From Prasinococcaceae sp. CCMP 1430 (taxonomy: Eukaryota; Plantae; Prasinodermophyta), in contig RQSC01000757.1 in NCBI GenBank assembly GCA_013416795.1, positions 14,790 through 23,509 on the forward strand: 8,720 bases of DNA. The letters run 5' to 3'. The position numbers were made by a program, and so were the translations under genes. Shown piece after piece: positions 1 to 6,749 of this stretch (within the stretch, counting starts at the first letter, position 1; every line of letters begins with the position of its first letter). The notes below the pieces were generated by a model, which was not told where the DNA came from, made no database searches, and saw only the letters and a program-made list of their open reading frames with translations.

Positions 1-80
1 CGCGCGCGCGGGCGCCCGCCCGCGCGCCGGGCTGCGCTCCAGCGCGCTGACGCGCTCGCGCACGCCCCTGTCGCTCGCAG
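1..80 (+). other. 3' part of a spliceosomal intron of the CRAL-TRIO gene (branch-like CTGAC 47-51, acceptor CAG 78-80)
   Basis: CG-rich low-complexity sequence ending CTGAC...GCCCCTG...CGCAG; coding-like codons with a recognisable domain begin immediately at 81. Confidence 0.75.
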
Positions 81-348
81 GCGTCAAGGCCTGCAAGATC
101 CTCGCCAAGTATTACTGCGAGCGGCTGGGCCTCGGCGTGATCGTGGAGGCGCCCAAGCTGTTCAGCGGTCTGTGGCGCGTGATGGAGCCCATGCTGGACC
201 CGGTGACGAAGGCCAAGGTGGCGTTCGCGCCCGGGCCCGACCGTAAGGGCCAGCCGGGAAAGAAGTCGGCCCGCCTCCTCCAGACGCTGCAGAGGTTCTT
301 CGACGACGAGATGTGCGACTGGGTCATGGAGGAGATGCGGCAAAACAG
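81..348 (+). CDS. Internal exon of a CRAL-TRIO (Sec14-like) lipid-binding/transfer protein; upstream exons lie outside the window
   Basis: Translates as (G)VKACKILAKYYCERLGLGVIVEAPKLFSGLWRVMEPMLDPVTKAKVAF...FFDDEMCDWVMEEMRQN(R), matching the CRAL-TRIO pattern YPERL...IVNAP..F...W...KP.LDP.T..K. It ends at a donor-like CAG|GTACGC (349). The ORF-track extension to 760 is the antisense shadow of RABL6. Confidence 0.85.
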
Positions 349-355
349 GTACGCG

Positions 356-376
356 CCCTCCCCTCCCCTCCCTCCT
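356..376 (+). repeat. Imperfect (CCCT/CCCCT)n pyrimidine microsatellite just inside the intron 5' end
   Basis: ccctcccctcccctccctcc read directly from the sequence. Confidence 0.8.
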
Positions 377-387
377 TCGGCACGCGG

Positions 388-2235
388 TCAGAAGTCGCAG
401 CTGTATCCCTCGGGGGGGCTGTGCACCTGCGCCCCCGCCGCTCCCGACCCTTGCGCCGCCCCAGTGTCCCTCTCCCGCCTTCGCCGCTCCCGCCGCTCCT
501 TGCGCTGCCTCCGCTCCTCAGGGGTCGCCTCCTCGGCGCTCTTGCGGGGCCTGTGGCTCCCGCGCCTCCTCCTGTCCCTCTTGTCCCGTCGCGGCGAGGT
601 GGGCGACGCAGGCGGGCCGGCGGCGATCGCCGCCTCCATGTCCGCCACTCCCGCCGCCAGCATCGCCGCAACGTCGACGCGGGCGCCAGCCTCACTTCCC
701 TCGGGCCCCGCGCCGGCCGCCTCCTCCGTCTCGCGGTCCGAAGATGCGGCTCCGGCGTGAAACGGCCCGTCCGCCGCCGGTGGCGTGCCGGCGTCGCCGG
801 CGTCCACCACCCCGTCCTCAGCGCGGCCGCCCGTGCCACCCCCTGCTGCGGCGTCCCCGGTCTCCTCGCCATCCGTCGTCGGCTCTTTCGGATCGCCCCG
901 ATTGGTCTGCGGAGCTGCGGGCCGCGCATCGGCGTCGGCCCCCTCCCCGCTCGCCGCACTGCCGCCGGCGGGAGCAGCGGCCGCAGCGGCGGCCGCAGCG
1001 GCCGCAGGCACGGTGTCGTCGCCCTCGCTGTCGCTGTAGAAGCCCGCGACGGCCGCCTTTGCGTCGGCGTCGTCCCCGAGCGCGATGGCCGCCGCCGCGG
1101 CGGCGGCGAGCGCCCCGACGGGCTGGGATCCCGCGCGTATCGCCGCTTTGTGGTCGACGAACGTTCCGGCGAGATCGCGCTCCGGCGAGCTGCCAAGCCC
1201 GCGCGTGCGCGCGGCGATCGCGTGCTCGGGCGGCGGCGCGAGCGGGGGGGAGGCGGATGCGGGAGACGCGGTGGCATGCCTCGTCCTGGGCACGTACACC
1301 GCGACCACGCACTCGTCGAGCTCCGCACGTGCGCGCGCCGCGCGCTCGGAGGCAGCACGCGCCTCCTCCTCAGCGCGCCGTCGGCGCTGCTCCTCGGCGT
1401 GCACCCGCAGAGCGGCGTGCACGCCCTTCAGGCCGAAGCAATCGCCGGCGCTCACCTCTAGTACCACCGTCGCGTGCAGCGCGCCGCGGGTGGAGTCGGC
1501 CACCTCGGCCGCGGTGCGCGCGCGCGCGGCGAGCGCGCCGGCGTCCGCCGGCGGCCACGCGTCGCGCATCGAGGCGATGAGGTAGCACCGCGCGCTCGCG
1601 GACATTCGGGAGAGCTCGCCGCGCGCGAAGGAGACGCTCGTCGGCTCTCGGGGATCGCACAGCATCACGACAGCGTCGCATGAGGCGTAGGTCGCGTCGC
1701 GAGCCAGCTCGGGCGGGATGCGCGGCCCCCGGCCGGCCTTCTTGGGGTCGACGCGGGTGCCGGCGTCGTGCGCGGGGACCTCCAGCAGCTGCACGCAGGT
1801 CAGCACGGCGCCGCCCGAGCTCGACGCGCCCGCCGCCGCCTCACCTCCGGCGACCGCGCTCGAGCGCAGCGTGATGACGTGGCTCTGCACCTGCTCGGTC
1901 GGCGCGTATCGCGCGGGCGGGTCGGGGACGCGCCCGCACAGGCGCGCGAGCAGCGCCGACTTGCCGGTGCGCGCGGCGCCGCCGATGGCCACGCGAACCT
2001 CGGGAACCATCGCATGCCGCGCGCGCGCGTCCTGCGAAGGCGGCGGCGGCACCGCCGCCGCCGTCGGATGGCCGCGCAGCTGCCTGGGCTGCTGGTGCTG
2101 GTACTGTTGCTGTTGCTGTTGCTGTTGCTGCTGTTGTTGCTGCTTCTGCTGCTGCTGCTTCTGCTGCGCGTTGGCCGGCCGCTGGTGCTGCTGCGGCGCG
2201 CCGCTGAAGACGCCGCGTCCGAGGGCGCTCTTCAT
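388..2235 (-). CDS. RABL6: Rab-like GTPase of the RABL6 (RBEL1/PARF/C9orf86) type, ~615 aa, apparently intronless
   Basis: ATG at 2235 (MKSALGR, cf. human MFSALKK). Colinear blocks resemble recalled human RABL6: GGAARTGKSALLARLCG/RGDRNTGKTALWHRLQG, YAPTEQVQ/YIPTQEIQ, YASCDAVVMLCD/YKNCNGVVMMFD, LIASMRD/VLGNYRD, DCFGLKGVH/NSFGLKYLH. These are followed by a coiled coil, VAGFYSD/VAGFQDD, an acidic low-complexity region and a basic ERRRRRE tail. Stop TGA at 388-390. Confidence 0.85.
   Translation of the reverse strand: MKSALGRGVFSGAPQQHQRPANAQQKQQQQKQQQQQQQQQQQQQYQHQQPRQLRGHPTAAAVPPPPSQDARARHAMVPEVRVAIGGAARTGKSALLARLCGRVPDPPARYAPTEQVQSHVITLRSSAVAGGEAAAGASSSGGAVLTCVQLLEVPAHDAGTRVDPKKAGRGPRIPPELARDATYASCDAVVMLCDPREPTSVSFARGELSRMSASARCYLIASMRDAWPPADAGALAARARTAAEVADSTRGALHATVVLEVSAGDCFGLKGVHAALRVHAEEQRRRRAEEEARAASERAARARAELDECVVAVYVPRTRHATASPASASPPLAPPPEHAIAARTRGLGSSPERDLAGTFVDHKAAIRAGSQPVGALAAAAAAAIALGDDADAKAAVAGFYSDSEGDDTVPAAAAAAAAAAAPAGGSAASGEGADADARPAAPQTNRGDPKEPTTDGEETGDAAAGGGTGGRAEDGVVDAGDAGTPPAADGPFHAGAASSDRETEEAAGAGPEGSEAGARVDVAAMLAAGVADMEAAIAAGPPASPTSPRRDKRDRRRRGSHRPRKSAEEATPEERRQRKERRERRRRERDTGAAQGSGAAGAQVHSPPEGYSCDF
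2104..2166 (-). repeat. CAG/CAA polyglutamine tract (~19 Gln with 2 Lys) in the RABL6 N-terminal extension
   Basis: Plus strand shows ctgttg/ctgctg/cttctg arrays, translating as QQKQQQQKQQQQQQQQQQQQQ. Confidence 0.9.
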
Positions 2236-2399
2236 CCCGGGCGCCGGCCGCCGGCGCGGGCTCGACTCCGCGGGGCAGACAGGGGAAAGGGGGGGGGGGG
2301 CACAGCAGCGCGCGCGCCGCGCGCGCGCGCGCGCTCTGTGGCGCCGCCGTGCGCTCGCGCTCCCCCTGCTGACCTCGTCGCTCGACCCCCTCCTCGCAC

Positions 2400-2540
2400 A
2401 CAAAACGCTGAAAAGTTTAACCCTGATTGTAAGACCCTAAACCATCGTACCACTTTTCGTTTGATTTTCAATCATTTTTAATGTGTACGGTCACCTGTAA
2501 CCCTAATCACTTGCATATGCGACCATACGTGGGATATTTC
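2400..2540. promoter_or_regulatory. AT-rich island, probable divergent promoter (RABL6 leftward, SRI-like gene rightward), with telomere-like (telo-box) motifs
   Basis: Sharp drop in GC upstream of the RABL6 ATG; TAACCCT 2418-2424, CCCTAAA 2435-2441, TAACCCTAA 2498-2506. Confidence 0.55.
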
Positions 2541-2878
2541 CCTGCGGCGCGCGCGGATCGGGCGCTGAGCTGGCAGATTTGACGCGCGCGCGCCGCCGTC
2601 GCCACTGCGCCGTAGCGACGGGCCCGCGCCGAGGAGCATCCGCCAGCGCGCGGCGCACAGCACCTGTGGCACGCGAGGCCTGCGCGCGAGCGCTGCGCCC
2701 CCACGCACGAGCGTGCGTGCGCTTTCGGCTGAGCCTCGCCATCAAATCGCATCAACCGCGTGTGTCAAGCATTGCGAGCACACGCACAGCACTCGCCCGC
2801 GCACCATCGGCGGCGGCGGCTGGGCTGCGGCGGCAGCGAGCCCGCGGCACATAGGCGGGGGGCACTCGGCGCGCACAG

Positions 2879-3283
2879 CGCGCGCGGGGCGCGACGGCCG
2901 CCGCGGCCGCCGCGGCCGCCGCCGAGCCTGCGCGCCCGCCTGGCTCGTTCGCCGACCCCTTCAGCGAGGACTTCCGCTTCGCCGTGCGCACGCTGGTGAA
3001 GGAGCGCTTGCACATCTTCATGAAGGACCCCGGGCGCGCGCACGTGAGCCGCCGCGAGTACGAAAAGGTGAAGGAGAAGTTCTCGTCGTCGTTCATCGAG
3101 CGCGAGAAACAGCGCCACGCGAAGGAGCGCACGCACGGCGAGGCGTCGCTCATCACGAAGGAGCGCCTGCAGCGACGCGTCAAGGAGTTCGTGGAGAGGT
3201 GCGTCTACAAGATGAAGGGCATCAAGGAGCAGCCCAGGGCGCCCGCGCCGGTGCGGCCCGCGACGAACCTCGAGTGGGACTGA
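2879..3283 (+). CDS. Small SRI-like (Set2-Rpb1-interacting) domain coding segment; 5' end unresolved
   Basis: EDFRFAVRTLVKERLHIFMKDPGRAHVSRREYEKVKEKFSSSFIEREKQR...LQRRVKEFVERCVYKM has strong GC3 bias and fits the three-helix SRI pattern (F...V...L..Y / I.S.EDYK...RK.T..I.EKE / K.K.K.YV). In-frame TAG at 2852-2854; candidate acceptor CAG at 2876-2878; first in-frame ATG only at 3020; stop TGA 3281-3283. Confidence 0.55.
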   Translation, partial: RARGATAAAAAAAAAEPARPPGSFADPFSEDFRFAVRTLVKERLHIFMKDPGRAHVSRREYEKVKEKFSSSFIEREKQRHAKERTHGEASLITKERLQRRVKEFVERCVYKMKGIKEQPRAPAPVRPATNLEWD

Positions 3284-3819
3284 CGAGCGAGCACGCCCGA
3301 GCGCGGCGGGGAGAGAAAGCGAAAGCGGCGGGCGTTGAGCGGGGCGGAGGGAGCCGCCCGGCGCCCGGCCCGCGCGCGCGCGACCAGCCGAGCGCCGCGC
3401 GGCTCGATGTATCATATATGGCATAACGCCACGCAGGTTTGTACAGCCGCACGAGCGCCGCCACGCCGCGGAGGGGAGGAGGAGGTCGGGGCGCAGCGCG
3501 CGGCGCCCCCTCACTGCTGTCCGCCAGCGCCTGACGCTGGGGTTGGGGTTGGGAATGCTTAGACTACTGTGTGTGTGTTTGCCGCGAGGGAGCGCTCTGC
3601 GAGCGGGCGCCCCCGCGACCGGCTGGCCGTAACAGAAAACTGAAAACGGTGGCGCCCGCCCGGCCGGCGCACCCGCGCGCCCCGACGGACCGCCACGCGT
3701 GGGACCCTCCGAGGTGGTGGAGTGGTGGGGCGGTGGTGCAGTTCGAGGCCGGCGCCAGGGAGGGCCGCGGCGCCAGAGCGCGCCTCGGAGGCGGGGAGGG
3801 GTCTGCAAGGGGGTGGGGT

Positions 3820-3859
3820 GCGGTGGCGGTGGCGGTGGCGGTGGCGGTGGCGGTGGCGG
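3820..3859 (+). repeat. (GCGGTG)6 hexamer microsatellite at the left edge of the gap
   Basis: Six exact units at 3820-3855 plus a partial unit. Confidence 0.9.
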
Positions 3860-3892
3860 GGGTCGCGTCGCTCGCGCGCGCTCGCGCGACGC

Positions 3893-4796
3893 NNNNNNNN
3901 NNNNNNNNNNNNNNNNNNNNNNNNNNNNNNNNNNNNNNNNNNNNNNNNNNNNNNNNNNNNNNNNNNNNNNNNNNNNNNNNNNNNNNNNNNNNNNNNNNNN
4001 NNNNNNNNNNNNNNNNNNNNNNNNNNNNNNNNNNNNNNNNNNNNNNNNNNNNNNNNNNNNNNNNNNNNNNNNNNNNNNNNNNNNNNNNNNNNNNNNNNNN
4101 NNNNNNNNNNNNNNNNNNNNNNNNNNNNNNNNNNNNNNNNNNNNNNNNNNNNNNNNNNNNNNNNNNNNNNNNNNNNNNNNNNNNNNNNNNNNNNNNNNNN
4201 NNNNNNNNNNNNNNNNNNNNNNNNNNNNNNNNNNNNNNNNNNNNNNNNNNNNNNNNNNNNNNNNNNNNNNNNNNNNNNNNNNNNNNNNNNNNNNNNNNNN
4301 NNNNNNNNNNNNNNNNNNNNNNNNNNNNNNNNNNNNNNNNNNNNNNNNNNNNNNNNNNNNNNNNNNNNNNNNNNNNNNNNNNNNNNNNNNNNNNNNNNNN
4401 NNNNNNNNNNNNNNNNNNNNNNNNNNNNNNNNNNNNNNNNNNNNNNNNNNNNNNNNNNNNNNNNNNNNNNNNNNNNNNNNNNNNNNNNNNNNNNNNNNNN
4501 NNNNNNNNNNNNNNNNNNNNNNNNNNNNNNNNNNNNNNNNNNNNNNNNNNNNNNNNNNNNNNNNNNNNNNNNNNNNNNNNNNNNNNNNNNNNNNNNNNNN
4601 NNNNNNNNNNNNNNNNNNNNNNNNNNNNNNNNNNNNNNNNNNNNNNNNNNNNNNNNNNNNNNNNNNNNNNNNNNNNNNNNNNNNNNNNNNNNNNNNNNNN
4701 NNNNNNNNNNNNNNNNNNNNNNNNNNNNNNNNNNNNNNNNNNNNNNNNNNNNNNNNNNNNNNNNNNNNNNNNNNNNNNNNNNNNNNNNNNNNNNNN
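3893..4796. other. Assembly gap (904 N)
   Basis: Run of N read directly; the true size is unknown. Confidence 1.
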
Positions 4797-4819
4797 TCCC
4801 TCCCTCCCTCCCTCCCTCC
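4797..4819 (+). repeat. (TCCC)n microsatellite at the right edge of the gap
   Basis: tccctccctccctccctccctcc, truncated by the gap. Confidence 0.9.
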
Positions 4820-4866
4820 GCCGCGCGTCTGACGCGCGCGCGGCGCGCCCCTGCCGACGTGGCAAG

Positions 4867-5197
4867 GCTCAAGGGCAAGGACGTCGACGACAAGTGCTGG
4901 CAGTGGGCGGACGCGTGGGCCGGGGGCACCCTGCGAGCGTGCGAGTCCACGCGCGACATCGGCGGGCGGTGGCAGCGCGGCACGCCCGGCTACTTTTCGG
5001 GGTCCCTGCCGCCCAGCTGGAGCACGCGTGGGACGCCCGGGCCCATGCACGGCGAGCCGCACGACGTCCGGGGGCCGCCTAGCTTCGTGCGCGGCCTGAA
5101 GCGCGGGGTGTGCGACGTCGCGCCGTTGTACTGCCACCGGCTCGCGGCGTGGCAAGACGAGGTCTTCTACGACGCGCGCGCTGAGCTGGACGAGTGA
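4867..5197 (+). CDS. Terminal exon, most likely the C-terminus of the CRAL-TRIO protein, ending in an FFAT-like motif
   Basis: Preceded by CTGAC and an AAG acceptor; GC3-biased frame LKGKDVDDKCWQWADAW...HGEPHDVRGPPSFVRGL...DEVFYDARAELDE*. Its phase complements the donor at 349. HDVRGPPSFV resembles the HDPRGCPSYV motif I recall following F-D-D-E-x-x-x-W-L-x-E-E-x-R-x-N in one CRAL-TRIO subfamily (recall only, not searched). Confidence 0.65.
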
Positions 5198-5465
5198 CGC
5201 GCGCGCGCTCCCGCCCATGCTGGCGCGGGCGCCTCCTCACTCCGGCGTCGCCCGCCCCCCGCGCCGCATCGTACAATAGCACGCATTCAACGCATTCGCA
5301 AGAGAGGACGCCGACGGCGCGCGCGGCAGCCGCCGCGACCGTCGTCGTTCACTCACGGACAGCGTCCTCGTCGTTATTAGCGCGCGGCGCCGCAGGCGCC
5401 GCGCGCGCGCGCGCGCCCCGCCCGGCGGCGCTCGATCGGGGTCCTCCGCCTCGCGAGCGACTCGC

Positions 5466-5858
5466 TCACTCCTCGGCGTCCTTCTCCATCGGGTGGACCC
5501 CGAACCACGTCCTGCCGCGCCTGCGCGGGTGCGGCCGGTCGGGCTCGGCCCTGTAGTTCCACACCGGGTCACGGCATTGGCGCATGGGTATGCCGAGCGC
5601 GTTGGCCAGCGCCTGCGAGTGCGCGTCCGCCCTCGCGCGCGCGGCGACCAGCTGTGCCTCGATGTAGTCGTCGGCCTCCTGCGATATCAGGTTGGGCACG
5701 GGCGGGTCGAGGCGCAGGCCCAGCGTGTAGTCGGCGTCCTCGTCGCCGACCACGTGCGCGGGAGGCAGCGCCGCGGCGTCCACGCGCGCCCCCAGCAGCG
5801 CCTCGACCGGCGTGCGGCCTCCGCCGCACGCTCCTTCGCCCACCCCGGGCGCACCCCG
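5466..5858 (-). CDS. Hypothetical protein coding block of unknown function; no in-frame ATG at its 5' end, so probably a downstream exon
   Basis: Strong GC3 bias in PVEALLGARVDAAALPPAHVVGDEDADYTLGLRLDPPVPNLISQEADDYIEAQL...RGRTWFGVHPMEKDAEE*. Stop TGA 5466-5468; in-frame upstream TGA near 5877-5879; candidate CAG acceptors at 5859-5861 and 5864-5866. Confidence 0.6.
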   Translation of the reverse strand, partial: RGAPGVGEGACGGGRTPVEALLGARVDAAALPPAHVVGDEDADYTLGLRLDPPVPNLISQEADDYIEAQLVAARARADAHSQALANALGIPMRQCRDPVWNYRAEPDRPHPRRRGRTWFGVHPMEKDAEE

Positions 5859-5879
5859 CTGGTCTGCGCGGCCGTTTCA

Positions 5880-6137
5880 CCCCAAGTTTTGGCGGGAAGA
5901 TCCAAACCTCAACCTCGCGCGCCGCTCGGCGCACGCCTTCGACACTAATGACAAAAAAAATAAAAGCGGCGTTTTTCGGTGGCTGGATCTCATATCAATT
6001 CGAATGCGCGCAGCCGCATTTTCTCCCGCATTTTCTCCCAAACAATTCCGAGTTAAATCACTTTTTCACATGAGCTTTGATCTAGCTTAAGGCATAGTGT
6101 TCGAGAGGCGATTTCAAACCCTACAAAGTGACTCCAN
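5880..6137. promoter_or_regulatory. AT-rich island with E2F-like, CHR-like and telo-box-like motifs
   Basis: TTTTGGCGGGAA 5887-5898 (fits WTTSSCSS); (CCGCATTTTCTC)2 6014-6037; TTCAAA 6113-6118 overlapping AAACCCTA 6116-6123. Confidence 0.45.
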
Positions 6138-6749
6138 GAGTATGGCGGTCGCGACACTGTTTTGGTACAGCACGCGCTCCATGCCCGTCGTCGCCGCCGC
6201 CGCCGCCTGGATCGCCTCCCCGACGGCCCTGGCGGCGGCGTGCGCGTGCGCCTCCCGCACGGCCGCCGCGCGGGCGTCCCTCTCGAACGCCCGGTCCCTC
6301 TCCCAGCTGCCGAAGAACTCCCGCTCCCACGCGCGCTCGCGCGCCTTGGTCAGGGAGCTGTGGTGCCCGTCGCCGCCCTCGCGCCTGGCGCGCGCGTCGG
6401 CCATGGCGACGATCGTCGAGTCCCAGTGCGCCCAGTACTGCTCCTCGCGCCAGTCCTCCCCGAAGAGCTCGGCGGCCTCGCCCTCCGTGATGACCTCGCC
6501 TTCGTCGCCGGGGAAGCGCACGCGCCGCCCGTTGATAACGAAGGGCAGCTTCTGCGGGTCGGTGGGCTCGCCGGTGCCGAAGAAGCGCGCGCGCTCCGCG
6601 GGCGTGCGCGCGCCGTCGCCGGGCAGCCACAGGCCGAAGCGCTCGTGGGGGCCCAGCTCGCCGGCGAGCTCGCGCTCGAAGGCGGCCAGCGCGTCCGCCG
6701 AGGTCATGGTGCCCTCGGGGCCGTACGCGCCGGGCAGCGGGTCGAGCAT
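6114..6749 (-). CDS. Hypothetical protein of unknown function, head-to-head with ORC2; both ends uncertain (coding-like up to ~6834; may splice to 5466-5858)
   Basis: GC3-biased, natural-looking frame MLDPLPGAYGPEG...PFVINGRRVRFPGDEGEVITEGEAAELFGEDWREEQYWAHWD...AWEREFFGSWERDRAFERDA. Nearest ATG at 6749; stop TGA 6114-6116 lies beyond the N at 6137. Confidence 0.65.
   Translation of the reverse strand: MLDPLPGAYGPEGTMTSADALAAFERELAGELGPHERFGLWLPGDGARTPAERARFFGTGEPTDPQKLPFVINGRRVRFPGDEGEVITEGEAAELFGEDWREEQYWAHWDSTIVAMADARARREGGDGHHSSLTKARERAWEREFFGSWERDRAFERDARAAAVREAHAHAAARAVGEAIQAAAAATTGMERVLYQNSVATAILXESLCRV

Larger units (their letters stand above)
349..4866 (+). other. Putative ~4.5-kb intron of the CRAL-TRIO gene containing nested genes and an assembly gap
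   Basis: Phase-2 donor AG|GTACGC at 349; branch-like CTGAC at 4829-4833, then GCCCCTG and the first downstream AG at 4865-4866 (same layout as the intron ending at 80). The join restores AGG (Arg) and an open frame. Confidence 0.6.

Noticed and set aside
137-760. ORF-track 207-aa ORF continuing past 348, implying a ~370-nt coding overlap with RABL6
   Set aside because: After the donor at 349 the peptide is Pro/Ser/Arg/Ala low complexity and is the antisense shadow of the RABL6 tail; the splice model explains the data better.
2308-2332. (CG)n runs with Z-DNA potential (also ~3371, ~5400, ~8340)
   Set aside because: They occur throughout the non-coding sequence of this window and look like a genome-wide compositional trait.
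2236-2403. GTG-initiated N-terminal extension of RABL6 from 2403
   Set aside because: This region has (CG)n and poly-C/G runs typical of a UTR or intron here, and ATG 2235 aligns with the recalled RABL6 N-terminus.
2752-3183. Minus-strand 143-aa ORF opposite the SRI-like segment
   Set aside because: It is Ser/Phe/Arg-rich and is the in-register antisense shadow of the plus-strand frame.
3781-4819. G-quadruplex-prone tracts on both sides of the gap as a functional element
   Set aside because: They more simply explain the sequencing dropout; there is no evidence of function.
2765-5218. Long ORFs spanning the N gap
   Set aside because: They are artefacts of translating N as X.
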